Assembly (NCBI GenBank): GCA_964016885.1 | Contig: OZ024743.1 | Location: forward strand, 318,556,001-318,620,000 | From: Eledone cirrhosa | Lineage: Eukaryota | DNA: 64,000 nucleotides | Direction: 5' to 3' | Shown here: one piece after another, positions 15,534 through 35,400 of the stretch | How positions within the stretch are numbered: the first letter of the stretch is position 1 | Layout of the letters: each line of letters starts with the position of its first letter | Notes under the pieces: generated by a model | The model's database searches: none | Told to the model about the DNA's origin: nothing | Seen by the model: only the letters and a program-made list of their open reading frames with translations | Made by a program: the position numbers and the translations under genes

Positions 15534-17501
15534 TCGAAATATAATACGTGAATGTAATAGGTAAAATCCATGGGGCTGAAAATCGAGACCCGAGGGCGAC
15601 CGCTATTCTGTTCCTTCAACCTCAGCCGGTCGCCCTGGAGTGACGTGGCTAAATTTTATAGTATGCTACTACCGGTCAGATGAACGAAAACAGAAAGAGA
15701 TGGGAGCATAGGTTAACGTCGATCCCATGACACAAGGTAAAAGAAAGAAAGAAAGGAAGGAGAAGAAGGGGGAAGAAAGAAGAAGAGAAGTCAGGGTTAA
15801 TGTCAACTAAAAGAGGAAGGTAACTACTACTGGTCAGATATAGGCAAGCAAGAGGGGGAAGGAAGATAAGTCTGCAGGGAGGAGGAGAGGAGAGAAGGAA
15901 GGGAAGAGAGAAGTAGAAAAGTAAGGGTTGATGGCTACAAGAAGGAAGATAGAAAGGAAGAGGAAGAAAGGTCGATATTAATGTCAGACCACAGTCAAGC
16001 CAGGAGTGGCGCGAGAAAATTTTCACAGGGACCCGCATCTTAGCGGAGATGGATATATTGGGAGTCAGTGTTTTACAGTGTTTAGACTTCTAGGATGAAG
16101 TTAAAAACATTTAATAATCAATATTCAATATTAAAGAGGTTAGAAAATTTAAAGTTCAACAGTTTAACAATTAATTATATAATAGTTCCGATTTGTTCTG
16201 TAATTTAAAGGTACTATTTGGCGGTTAAAACAACGGCCGCGCCCCGGGCCCCATGGCGAATTAAGCCACGCCGAGTATTTTCATTTACTGAAAGAAGGGG
16301 AAATTTATTTTTCCAAGCACTCTAGGTGAGCTCGTTCGCCACGGAGCTGGTCGCGCCGCCATTAAAACCCACCCAACAGTCCGACAGAAAGTTGGAACTT
16401 TAAAATTTAGCTTAGAGAAGTAAAAGAGTAATGGTTGATAGCTACAAGAAGGAAGATAGAAAGAGAGAGGAAGGAAGGTCGATATTAATGTCACACCACA
16501 GTCGGGCCAGGAGTGGCGCGACAAAATTTTCACAGGGACTCGCATCTTAGCAGAGGTGAATATAATGGGGGTCAGTGTGTTACAATGTTTAGACTTATAG
16601 GATGAAGTCAAAAAATTAATAAATTAATAATCAATATTCCATATTAAAGAGGTTAGAAAACTTAAAGCTCAACAGTTTCAGGTTGATATATATAATAGTT
16701 CCGATTTGTTCTGTAATTTAAAGGTACTATTTGGCGGTTAAAACACCGGCCGCGCCCCAGGCCCCATGGCTAATTAAGCCACGCCGAGTATTTTCATTTA
16801 CTGAAAGAAGGGGAATTTATTTTTCCAAGCACTCCAGGTGAGCCCGTTCGCCAGGGAGCTGGTCGCGCCGCCGCCAAAACCCACCCAACGGTCCGACAGA
16901 AAGTTGGAACTTTAGAATTTTGCTTAACTCTATCGGATGAAGTTGAAAGAATTCAGAATAACATTATGAAACTAAGGAGTAAGAGGATTGAGAATTGAAC
17001 AAACAGAAAATTGAAGATTAGACATTCAAATAACTTCTATGAGGTTTTGGGTTGCGGGGTTTAATTAAATAGTCTTTTATGAAGAAACGTTAATTGTATT
17101 ATGTAGATCTGTAATTTATCCTAGTGGGATGTAGAGTACGGGATATAGTCGTGTAATGTTTAATTTTTGTTCTCAGGAGGAGACATTCTAGTGTCGTGTG
17201 CTAATGGGTACAGGTCCCAATGTGAGGAGTAGAAATACATGGATACATAGAAGTGGAATACGTGGAAGAGCTAATGGGTACAGGTCCCAATGTGAGGGGT
17301 AGAAATACATGGATACATAGAAGTGGAATACGTGGAAGAGCACATTGGTACAGCAGAGGTATAAATATATAAACATATCAATATATAGGTATAAACATGT
17401 AAATAAACCAACAAGAGTGGTGTTGGAGTAAGATGGAGAAATCGGGTCTCGATTTTCAGCCCCATGGATTTTACCTATTACATTCACGTATTATATTTCG
17501 A

Positions 17502-17559
17502 ATACCTGATGATATCACCGGATTCATACGGAACCCGGTCATTGAAATGATCATAGTAT
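17502..17559 (+). ncRNA. Minimal type I hammerhead (H4, right arm)
   Basis: atac-CTGATGA-t atcaccggattc atacg gaacccggtcat t-GAAA-tgatca-TA-gtat, with palindromic loop 3. Confidence 0.87.
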
Positions 17560-17609
17560 AATAAACCTTTCAAGGATTTACACAAATCCAGCCTCCTGTC
17601 ATTTCATTA

Positions 17610-17683
<74 letters not shown>

Positions 17684-17688
<5 letters not shown>

Positions 17689-18144
17689 ATAAATTAACGG
17701 AGGCATAGGCCGTCGTTATTCCCTGTAAATAATGTGCTCAAAGGGGAAGAGATCCTGAGCCCTTTAGAATATAATATGTTGAGAAGGTAACGCACCAGAG
17801 AGAGATATATAGTGCGTTATCAATAATACAGGGAAAAAACCACCAGTGTATGGAATCTATAACCTATGAAAGGCAGACTATAGACACGATAATTAAAAAT
17901 ATAAATTAAAGCGTAAATAAATACCTCTATAACTATATAACACACGTACAAATCCAGAGATATGTTTCACCAGAAAATTTGTTGAAAGAAATGGTAGTCT
18001 CGGTTCATCAGCGTGTGTAAGGCTATACATTTCAGACAACACTAAGAGAATTTTACAATTGACTGTCCAGCTACACGTGGGAGAGAGAAGTCACAGCGTG
18101 TTTAAGGGCAGTGGTTTTTTCCCTGTATTATTGATAACGCACTA
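17684..18144 (-). mobile_element. Non-coding HHR mini-element (family H5) with short inverted arm
   Basis: 18111-18146 is the reverse complement of ~17809-17844. (TA)n on both sides. Confidence 0.75.
17940..18018 (-). ncRNA. Type I hammerhead (H5)
   Basis: Reverse complement acacacg-CTGATGA-accgaga...tctggt-GAAA-catatc tctg gatttg-TA-cgtgtgt: 7-bp stem I, GUA triplet. Confidence 0.8.
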
Positions 18145-18164
18145 TATATATATATATATATACA

Positions 18165-18248
<84 letters not shown>

Positions 18249-18604
18249 CATATATATACATATATATATATTTATATACATATATACAATATATATATAT
18301 ATATACATATATACAATATATATATATACATATATACAATATATATACATAATATATATATATATACATATATACAATATATATACATATATACAATATA
18401 TATATATATACATATATACAATATATATATATATATATATATATACAATATATATATATACATATATACAATATATATATTTATATATATATACAATATA
18501 TATACATATATATATATATACATATATACAATATATATATATATATACATATATACAATATATATATATATACATATATACAATATATATATTTATATAT
18601 ATAT

Positions 18605-18673
<69 letters not shown>

Positions 18674-18702
18674 CGATATATATATAACGATGATGATGAT
18701 GA

Positions 18703-18737
<35 letters not shown>
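18145..18737. repeat. (TA)n array with recurrent CATATATACAA units and an orphan aac(GAT)n tail at ~18687-18707
   Basis: Direct reading. Confidence 0.93.
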
Positions 18738-18740
<3 letters not shown>

Positions 18741-20640
18741 TCATCATCATCATTGTTTAACCTCCATGTTCCACGCTTGCATGGGTTTGGACGGGAGTTT
18801 TCCCACTTGAGGCAAGAGTGGTTGTCTTGCTCGCATAGGACTGTCTGGCGGGTTTTCTACAGCTGGATGCCCTTCCTAACACCAACCACACTTACAGTGT
18901 GGGACTGGGAGGTTTTTACCGTGTTGCCTACACGGCCACATTACAGCGTGGACTGTGTATTTTTTTGTCGTGACACCTACACAATCTCATTTGTTTCGGC
19001 CTGGATATTGTGGCACCAACATAACTTTACATTGAAAGGGGCGGTGTGGATGGGGTGGGGGTGGTGTGACGGGGTGTATTTTGTTAGAGATGCCTACTGA
19101 CTGTAGTAGGATTTACTTTGTATTTAGGTAAGGCGGGTCTTCTCTATTACTGAGTGCCGCCAAAGGTCTCGGTCCAGTGACATTGTCTTGGAGAGGTGTA
19201 AGTGTGTGGGGTCGGAGTTTATCAGGTCGTCCCAGGTTTTTCTGGGTCTGCCTACTCCGTGGCTACCGTCCATCTTTATTGCCCTGCACTTTTTTATACA
19301 GCTGTCGTCCTTCATGCGCATCACGTGACCATACCAACGTAGCCTTCTCTCGAGTAAACAACATCTGATCCCTCTTATTTCTAATTTTTCCCTTAGTTCG
19401 TTTATGCTTTGCCGTTCACGTATATTACTATTACACATCCAGCGGAGCATGCAAGCGTCGTTCCTCTCTAGTCTGCGTATATCCTTTGCACACAATGCCC
19501 AGGTCTCACTGCCATGTAACATTGCTGTTCGTATGCAGGCATCATACAGCCTGCCTTTCATTTTTAGGGAGAACCCTTTAGCGGGTAATAGTGGTATAAG
19601 CTCTCTGAACTTTTTCCATCCAGTTCTGACTCTAGCTACTGTACTTTCAGAGCATCCTCCCCCACTGCTGATTTTGTCACCCAGGTAACGGAAGCTGTCC
19701 ACTATTTCTATAGAACCCTCTGCGCAATTGAAAGAGCTAGTATTCTGTGGGCACTTGCTGCTACTTATTGCACCAGAGCACCGGCCACATGTAAAATCTA
19801 TGTTCTTAGTTAGCTTACCTATGATCCCATTACAGCTTTTATGCACCCATACTTTGCATTTGGGACATAAAATGGAGTTTCTACCTACGCATTTCCTACA
19901 CACTGAGTATAGCCATTTTCCGGAAGGGACCGGCGCCTTATTTTCTTTCCTACAAACTAGAACTTTAGTCTTAGCCAGGTTAATTTTAAGGCCTTTTGAT
20001 TCTAGGCCGTGCTTCCATGTTTGGAATTTCTTCTCTAGCTCGGCCATTGATTCAGCTATGAGCGTTAGATCATCTGCGTATAGGAGTTCCCATGGGCAGC
20101 CGGTCTTGAACTCCACTGTTATAGCCTGAAAGGCAATAATAAATAGTAGGGGGCTAAGAACAGAGCCCTGATGAACACCAACTTTTACGCTAAACTCTTC
20201 ACTATATTCGTTGTTAATTCTAACCTTGCTGACTTTTCTTTATACATGGCTTGTATAGCTCTCACAAGCCATTCAGCAACACCTAGTTTTCTAAGAGCCC
20301 ACCAGATAATGGAACGGGGGACTCTGTCGAAGGCCTTCTCCAAGTTGAGGAAAGCTAAGTATGGGGTTTACTTTTAGCTAGGTACTTCTCCTGTAGTTGT
20401 CGTACAATGAAAAGAGCGTCTGTGGTACTTTTGCCTGACACAAACCCGAACTGCATTTCATCTAGATCGATTCTCTCTCTGATTAGTTGCGCTATTACTT
20501 TTTCCGTGACCTCCATGACCTGGTCGATTAATTTAATGCCTCTATAGTAACTCCTATCTAGGGCGTCTCCTTTACCCTTGTAACAGTTAATGATGATGCT
20601 GCTACGCCAGTCCTTCGGAACAACCCCATTCTGTATGACT
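18738..20640 (-). mobile_element. RTE LINE family A, copy 3 (5'-truncated)
   Basis: ORF 19124-20116 is nearly identical to 1006-1998. (CAT)n tail at 18738. 5' end in (TA)n. Confidence 0.95.
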
Positions 20641-20658
20641 ATATATATATATATATAT

Positions 20659-20714
<56 letters not shown>

Positions 20715-20715
20715 T

Positions 20716-20787
<72 letters not shown>

Positions 20788-20869
20788 ATATATGTATATA
20801 TATATATATATTGTATATATGCATATATATATACATGTATATATATATATCTACAATATATATATATAT

Positions 20870-20917
<48 letters not shown>

Positions 20918-20922
<5 letters not shown>

Positions 20923-21600
20923 TAAAATAACAGATTAAAGTTTAAGCAAAGAATCGCTGCTTTCACCCTCAACGGGATCTTCTGAAACTAACAAAGTCAA
21001 TCTGTAAACTCAGAACTGGATATTTCAAAAAACGTTGCAACCGGAGGAAGACAGTAAGACGATACTTTGGTTCGTGGAAACGTTCCCTGGCAAAGAACGG
21101 GAAAAAACGAATAATACGTCATTAATAGGAGCGGTGAAAAACAATTACGCGCAAAGACAGAACCACGTTTATGGTATAAAAGTGGTCGTAGACTAATGTT
21201 CTCTTAGGTGGTGCAAGGAGACGAAGATAATACGTCATATGTGGTGCGTAGAGAACAATAGCACGCAAAGACAAAACCACGTAAATGGTATAGCAGAAGT
21301 CGTAGACAAAAATTCTAACTGGGAGACCAAATGAATCTCCGCTACAGAGTTAAGAACAAAGTAAATAAATACAATACAGAAGTAATAGAAATAAATAAAT
21401 ACATACACGCAAACAAATACGTACATACACAAGCATACGCAAAAACTTACCATAGGTATACAAAACCACGCACATATAAATATGTGTGTGTGTGTATGCG
21501 TGTATATTTATATGTAGGTATGTGTGTGCGCTTGTTATATAGGTATTTATTTATTTATATACGTTTATATAATTATTTATTTATTTGTATACACGCATAT
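20918..21600 (-). mobile_element. Solo/inverted pseudo-LTR of the PLE family at 25770-28458 (H6)
   Basis: 20918-21495 is similar to 25770-26400. 21505-21600 is similar to ~27950-28040 in the opposite element orientation. Confidence 0.8.
20939..20989 (-). ncRNA. Candidate hammerhead with CAGAAGA (U4A) core (H6); second copy 25791-25841
   Basis: Reverse complement agttt-CAGAAGA-t ccc gttga ggg t-GAAA-gca gcgattctt tgc-TT-aaact. All three stems pair. Confidence 0.55.
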
Positions 21601-21643
21601 ATACAAAGATGTGGGTTAGACTCCCATGTACGTCAATACTCAT

Positions 21644-21676
<33 letters not shown>

Positions 21677-21679
<3 letters not shown>

Positions 21680-21798
21680 AGCAATGTAAAATAAAGTGTC
21701 TTGCTCAAGGAAACAACACATCACCCAGTCTGAGAATTGAACTCACAACCCTTCGATTGCAAGGCCAATGCTCTAACCACTAAGCCACGTGCCTCCAC
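21677..21798 (-). mobile_element. tRNA-derived SINE head (same family as 63864-64000)
   Basis: Reverse complement has A box tggcttagtgg, B-box-like gttcaattct and core tccttgagcaagacactt. Confidence 0.75.
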
Positions 21799-21808
21799 AT
21801 ATATATAT

Positions 21809-28458
<6,650 letters not shown>

Positions 28459-28530
28459 CTCACTGCCTTGTAACATTGCTGTTCGTATGCAGGCATCATA
28501 CAGCCTGCCTTTCATTTTTAGAGAGAACCC
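28459..28530 (-). mobile_element. Inverted 72-bp fragment of the RTE-A RT region at the 5' junction of copy 4
   Basis: Reverse complement of gggttctctctaaaaatgaaaggc...ggcagtgag (~1546-1617 / ~31076-31147). Confidence 0.85.
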
Positions 28531-28543
28531 TATATGTATATAG

Positions 28544-31500
28544 GGAGGTTGTAGAAATGCTTGAACGTAAGGAGGTTGATGTTTGCTGTATCCAAGAGAC
28601 CAGGTGGAGGGGCGGGTCTGCTAGATTCATTGTGGGTAAAAAACGATGCTATAAGCTTTTCTGGGTGGAAAATGACAATGGGCTGGATGGGGTAGGAATC
28701 ATGTTAGCAGAAAAATGGGTGGATAAGATAATAGACGTAAATACAGTGAACGACAGAATAATTAAAATAAGACTTGTTCTAAATAGAACTACTGTGACAG
28801 TAATATCTGCATACGCACCCCAATCCGGACTGCCTGGCGCTATAAAAGAAAGATTCTATGAGACACTGATGCTCACTACCTCCCAAATAACCGACAGTGA
28901 CTATATAATTATTGCTGGCGACCTAAATGGTCACGTTGGACAACATTGTGACGGCTATGACGGAATCCATGGAGGCTATGGGTTTGGTACTAGAAATGAG
29001 GAAGGCTCCAGAATCCTGGAATTCTGTTATGCAAATAACCTTACAATATAATCTGTAACACTAACTTCAAAAAACGAGACAATCACCTGATCACCTATAG
29101 ATCAGGGGAACATACCAGCCAGGTAGATTATATCCTTACCAGAAGACGTGACAGAGTGTCTGTTGTAAACACTAAATCCCTCCCCCATGAAGAATGCACC
29201 TCTCAACATAGACTCATAATTAGCGACCTCATAGTCAGGACGAGACGTACTCGACAACAGAAGAGGACTATCCTCAGGAGAAAAATATGGAAGCTAAAGG
29301 ACCCCACAGCCTGTAATAAATTTAAAAGCATATTACTTGATGCTTTTGACAGTAAGGAAAAGCAATTAGAGTCATACAATATAGAGGAACAGTGGGAATT
29401 CCTGAAAGCAAACCTGCTGATGGCGGCAGATGAAGTCTGTGTCTGGAGCAGGCCTATAGGCAGGAGGAGAGTAACATGGTGGTGGAACAGTAAGGTGGAG
29501 GAGTCAATTAAGGCCAAAAAGCAGGCTTGGAAAGTATGGCGGGATGGGGGAAGTAGAGAAGACTATCAAGTGGCCAGGAGGGAAGCTAGGAGACAAGTGT
29601 ACTTCGCAAGAAGGGAAGCAGAGGAAAGAAAGTTCAAGCATGTTCTACAACGCGAGGACCAAAAACGTGAGGTGTTCAGGATTGCTAGGTAATGTGTCAA
29701 GGAAAACCGTGATATTGTCGGGGAGAAGTGTGTCCTTAATGATGATGGTGTACTTGCCATCACTGAAGCTGATAAGAAGGTAGCCTGGAAGTGTCACTAC
29801 GAAAGGCTACTAAATGAGGAGAATAAATGGGAGAAATACAGTCTCCCCCACATCGACCCAATAGAGGGACCAGCAATGTTAGTCGAAAGTAGTATAATAA
29901 GTAAGGCAATCGAAGATATGAAGACGTGTAAGGTGGCTGGGCCTTCGGAAATAGTTGCTGAAATGCTGAAAGCTTCTGGAACAGTGGGACACACTATGGT
30001 CACCCGGATAGTAAACCAAGTCGTACAGAATGGGGTTGTTCCGAAGGACTGGTGTAGCAGCAGCATCATTAACTGCTACAAGGGTAAAGGAGATGCCCTA
30101 GTTAGGGGTAACTATAGAGGCATTAAATTAATCGACCAGGTCATGAAGGTCACAGAAAAACTAATAGCGCAACTAATCAGAGAGCGAATTGATCTAGATG
30201 AAATGCAGTTCGGGTTTGTGTCAGGTAAAAGTACCACAGACGCTCTTTTCATTGTACGACAACTACAGGAGAAGTACCTAGCTAAAAGTAAACCCCTATA
30301 CTTAGCTTTTGTCGACTTGGAGAAAGCCTTTGACAGAGTCCCCCGTTCCATTATCTGGTGGGCTCTAGGTGTTGATGAATGGCTTGTGAGAGCTATACAA
30401 GCCATGTATAAAGAAAAGTCAGCAAGGTTAGAATTAACAACGAATATAGTGAAGAGTTTAGGGTAAAAAGTTGGTGTTCATCAGGGCTCCGTTCTTAGCC
30501 CCCTACTATTTATTATTGTCCTTCAAGCTATAACAGTGGAGTTCAAGACCGGCTGCCCATGGGAACTCCTATACGCAGATGATCTAACGCTCATAGCTGA
30601 ATCAATGGCTGAACTAGAGAAGAAATTCCAAACATGGAAGCATGGCCTAGAATCAAAAGGCCTTAAAATTAACCTGTCTAAGACTAAAGTTCTAGTTTGT
30701 AGGAAGGAAAATAGGGCACCGTTCCCATCCGGGAAATGGCCATGCTCAGTGTTTAGGAAAGGAGTAGGCAGAAACTCCATTTTATGTCCCAAATGCAAAG
30801 TATGGGTGCATAAAAGATGTAGTGGAATCACAGGTAAGCTAACTAAGAATATAGATTTTATATGTGGCCGGTGCTCTGGTGCAATAAGTAGCAGCAAGTG
30901 CCCACAGAATACTAGCTCATTCCATTGCACAGATGGTTCTATAGAAATAGTGGACACCTTCCGTTACTTGAGTGACAAAATCAGCAGTGGTGGAGGGTGT
31001 TCTGAAAGTACAGTAGCTAGAGTCAGAACTGGATGGAAAAAGTTCAGAGAGCTTATACCACTATTACCCGCTAAAGGGTTCTCCCTAAAAATGAAAGGCA
31101 GGCTGTATGATGCCTGCATACGAACAGCAATGTTACATGGCAGTGAGACCTGGGTATTGTGTGCAGAGGATATACGCAGACTGGAGAGGAACGACGCTTG
31201 CATGCTCCGCTGGATGTGTAATAGTAATATACGCGAACGGCAAAGCATAAACGAACTAAGGGAAAAATTAGAAATAAGAAGGATCAGATGTTGTTTACTC
31301 GAGAGAAGACTACGTTGGTATGGTCACGTGATGTGCATGAAAGACGACAGCTGTATAAAAAAGTGCTGGGCAATAAAAATAGACGGTAGCCACGGAGTAG
31401 GCAGACCCAGAAAAACCTGGGACGACTTGATAAATTCCGACCTCACACACTTACACCTCTCCAAGACAATGTCACTGGACCGAGATCTTTGGCGCTACAC

Positions 31501-31872
31501 AGTAATAGAGAAGACCCGCCTTGCCTAAGTACAAAGCGAGACCTACAGTCAGTAGGCACCTCTAACAAGAATACAACCCCGTCCCACTACCCCACCCCAT
31601 CCACACCACCCCCTTTCGATGTAAAGTTATGTTGGTACCACAACATCCAGTCCGAAATAAATGAGGTTGTATAGGTGTCACAACAAAAAAAAAACACACG
31701 GTCCACGCTGTAATGAGGTTGGTGTTAGAAAGGGCATCCAGCCGTAGAAAACCCGCCATACAGTCCTATACGAGCAAGACAACCACTCTTGCCTCAAGTG
31801 GGAAAACTCCCGTCCAAACCCATGCAAGCGTGGAAGATGGACGTTAAACGATGATGATGATGATGATAATGA

Positions 31873-31875
<3 letters not shown>
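28544..31875 (+). mobile_element. RTE LINE family A, copy 4 (APE+RT, disabled)
   Basis: APE 28544-29230, RT 29876-31528, (GAT)n tail 31850-31875. 29531-31613 is nearly identical to 1-2083. Confidence 0.95.
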
Positions 31876-31920
<45 letters not shown>

Positions 31921-32071
31921 ATACTTTGGGAGGGTCATGTTGCCAATAAGAAACACACGCACCAGTTGCTTTCACTTCAATTTAATTTATTATATATTTA
32001 TAAATTTACAAATTTATAAATTTCTGGTTGGTTGGTTGGTTCCACAACCAGATAGTTGTTTATATATATAT

Positions 32072-32116
32072 AGTCATAGTTCTTTCGTCACACACTCTGT
32101 GACCTCTTCAGTGACT
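32072..32116 (-). ncRNA. Minimal hammerhead in Neptune pseudo-LTR (H8), copy 1
   Basis: Reverse complement of 43307-43351. Confidence 0.85.
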
Positions 32117-32413
32117 GGGGATTTCTTTCTTCGTTTCTGTGCCTTTCCTTTCTTCTATCCTACGCCATTTTGTTTGTGTGTGGGTTGCGTGCTCAGTTTG
32201 CGCATGCGCCACATCCGGGTGTCTGTGTGTGTTTGTGTTCATTTTTCTATTTTTCTATTTATATTTGTTTGTTTATTTATTTATTTATTGTTGGTTGGTT
32301 GTTTGTTCTATGTGTGTGTGTGTTTTCATTTTGTCTTGTGTGTGTTTTCATTTTGTGTGTGTTTTCAATTGTAAGTTGTTTGTTCTATGTGTGTGTGTGT
32401 TTTCATTTTGTCC

Positions 32414-35400
32414 TTAATTGTAAGTTGTGATGTTGCTGTTCCACTCATATTTTCTATTTAATTTTGGTTTTAATTCTTTTATGCTTACTGCCTCTGTAAT
32501 TTGCCTAAACATTGCGTCTTTCTTGTGTGTGGATTCTATTTTTATTTCTATGCTCTCTAATTTACCCCTGTGTTCTATCTTAGCATGTTGGTAGAGCACA
32601 GATGATTCTTTACTATCTTGGAGGTCTCGCCAGTGTTCATTTATTCGTTCCCCTATACTACGAGCTGTCTCACCTATGTACACTATATTTTTGTTTCTAC
32701 ATTGTCCTTCAGTACATCTTATGCTATATACTACATTTCTAGTTTTACAGTTAATATGGGGGCTTATTTTACAGGTTATACATTTCTTATCTATACATGA
32801 GGGTCTTTGGAACGGGTATGTCTTGCTAATAAGTGTTTTTACGGAGGTACCAGGTCTTTCTACTATCTTAATATTGAGATTATGTTTCTTTAGGGCCCTT
32901 CTAAATTTGTAGGCTAGTTCGCCTCTAGGGGTTGTATTGATGAACATTACACTCTGGTATTTATTGCTATCATACCATGAGTTTATTCTATTGGCCTTGT
33001 TCTTAGTTCTTTCTATTCTATTCCAAAATTTGCTCCTATACAAGGGGCAGGTCCCATTTATGTCATTATTTACCATTTTTTCCCATTTGGTTCTGGCTCC
33101 TTTATACACTCTGATTCTATCTCTCTGATTGTAGCCAGAGAACTGCATACGGTGGATGAAGTGTTGTATGTGTCTCTCTAGTTCTTCGGGGTTGCACATG
33201 CGGGACACATTTCTCATCACCCGTACCAAATCCGCAATCAGTATGTTGATTTTGGTATGGTCCGAAATGGCCGAGTTTCGGTGGATCAGATGTTTGGAAG
33301 TCATGGGTTTGGCATAATGGGAATGGAGGATTTGTTTTTGGTTGTTAATAGTATCTAACCAGAGCTCTGTGTCTAGTACAGGTAATCGATGGTTGGGGTG
33401 TCTACTTGGGTAGTCTATAGTAACTCTAATGCTCTGGTGGATGGAGTTTGCTATTTGCTGGATGCTTTCCATTGTGTTTTTCTCTGGTTCCTGACTGTTC
33501 TTTAGTGGGGGTGTCTTAACTACGATGTTTATATCATCTACGTAGCGGGAGTACATTATCAGGGTTAAGCTGTCTTCTAATTGTTCATTAAGTTTTTGTT
33601 TAAGTCTACTGTCCCACCATACCATGAATAAGTTAGCTATGTCGCCTGCAATGCTAACACCAATGGCTGCTCCTTCCTCTTGGGCATATGTTTTACCATT
33701 AAATTTGAACATATGTTCCTTAAGGGTTAATTTTATGCTGGCCCCTACCGCATGTGCAATCATTTTCTTCAGTTCATCGTGGTTTTCGGGTGTCCGTGTG
33801 GCTCTGGTCCACCCGTTCCATCTATCTGTGTGGGTTTTCTTGGCCATTGAGGTAATGGTAGGTGGTCTGCCTCTTGCTGGTCTTGTAGGGCACAGGTTGC
33901 TAAGGTCATAAGTGTCTAGGTAACTATTACTATGGGTAAGCTTAAGTAGAAGTCCCAGCTCACTGGTATCAATCCCACGGAACTCAACCTTGCTCTCGCT
34001 GATCATTTCGACGCATTTCTCCACAGCAAAATCCACGTCAATAGATGGATACAGGGACACAACATCCATACTGCCTATTATGCAGTTTGTTAGGTCCCCA
34101 GATCGGTTACCCGCGCCGATTCTGCTGAGGAGGTCCTCCGTGCTGTCACACACATCTGGGGACATCTCAATGATGGGGCGTATGATCAGGGAGAGGAAGT
34201 AGGACAGTCTGTAGTTACTAGCAATGTTAGCCCCACAGACTGGCCGTGTTGGTGGTCCCGCGACAGGGTCCCAGCCCGTTTTATGGTCATTTCGAAGCCC
34301 ATACAACGCCGGCACGTCATTGTTCCAGGCATGGAAGTTGTTGGCAGTCCTTTTGTTGGGCTGCATTATATTTGTCTACATCACCATATGGGCATTGAGG
34401 GTTTTTTCTCTATCCTCATGCTCCTGTGGTGTTACCTCTCTTGTGTTAGTGATGTGGGGTTGCATTGCCTGGATGTAGTTTGGCAGGCTGTCAACCGACA
34501 TTCTGCCAGACTTGTCTGTTGGAAAGCATGCTATCTCTCCATTACGCGAGCGCTGCATGAGCTTACGCAAGCCATTTGCAGATTCTTCTCCCAGTTGCTG
34601 GGCCTCTATTCTATTATGCTTCTTGCTATACTGTTCTATAATATTTCTAAGTTCGGATTTAGCTATACTAAATTGTGCTTCTGTTTGTTCATCGACCTGC
34701 GACGGCAACTGCGTGCGTTTGTTAAATGGCAAAGTCGTGGCGTGGACTCGTCGTAGGTCGAATGATTTATTGGAGGGGTTATAAAACGGAGAGTTCCAGG
34801 CTGCTGCTTTATGTGTACTAGTGCTATTGTTATTGTTAGTTGTGTTGTTTCTATTTCCACCAACAGCAGCAGCCTCAGCTTCATGGTTGTTTCTATGTCT
34901 CTCATAATTACTCCTGTCTCTTTCCACTGGCTCAATGTTGTTATCTACTCTATTTTGTGTGTCTGTGTGTTCGTCTTGGTTATTCTCTTTGTCCTTAGTC
35001 TCCCATCTCCTTTTCCTTTTAATCCTATTACTTTCTCTGATTTCTGTGCTACTGTCATTACTTGTTTTCTGTGTCTGTGTGTTTGTTAAGATTGTGGTGG
35101 TGGTGAGAGGCATTGAATGCGTGTGTGTTGTTGTTGTTGATGTGTGTTGTTGTTGATGTGTGTTGTTGTTGTCTCCGTCTGTGTGTGTGTTATCGTTGTT
35201 GTGTGTGTTGTTATTGTTGTTTGTGTTTGCGTGTCTGTTGTTGTTGTATCTGGGTATGTTGCTATTGTTGTTGTTGTTGATGTGTGTGTTGTTGTTATTG
35301 TTGTCTCCGTGTGTGTTGTTATTGTTGTTTGTGTCTGCGTGTCTGTTGTATCTGGGTATGTTGCTATTGTTGTTGTTGTATCTGGGTATGTTGCTATTGT

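Larger units (their letters stand above)
15282..17617. mobile_element. Non-coding 2.3-kb element with ~175-bp inverted HHR-containing repeats (family H4)
   Basis: 15420-15593 is the reverse complement of 17442-17616. Internal ~510-bp tandem duplication (15907-16413/16414-16925) and 70-bp direct repeat (17200-17341). No RT ORF. (TA)n on both sides. Confidence 0.85.

Noticed and set aside
34376-34378. In-frame stop as possible selenocysteine or readthrough recoding (as in Naiad PLEs)
   Set aside because: The codon is TAG, not TGA, and both sister copies have TGG. It is a point mutation or an error.
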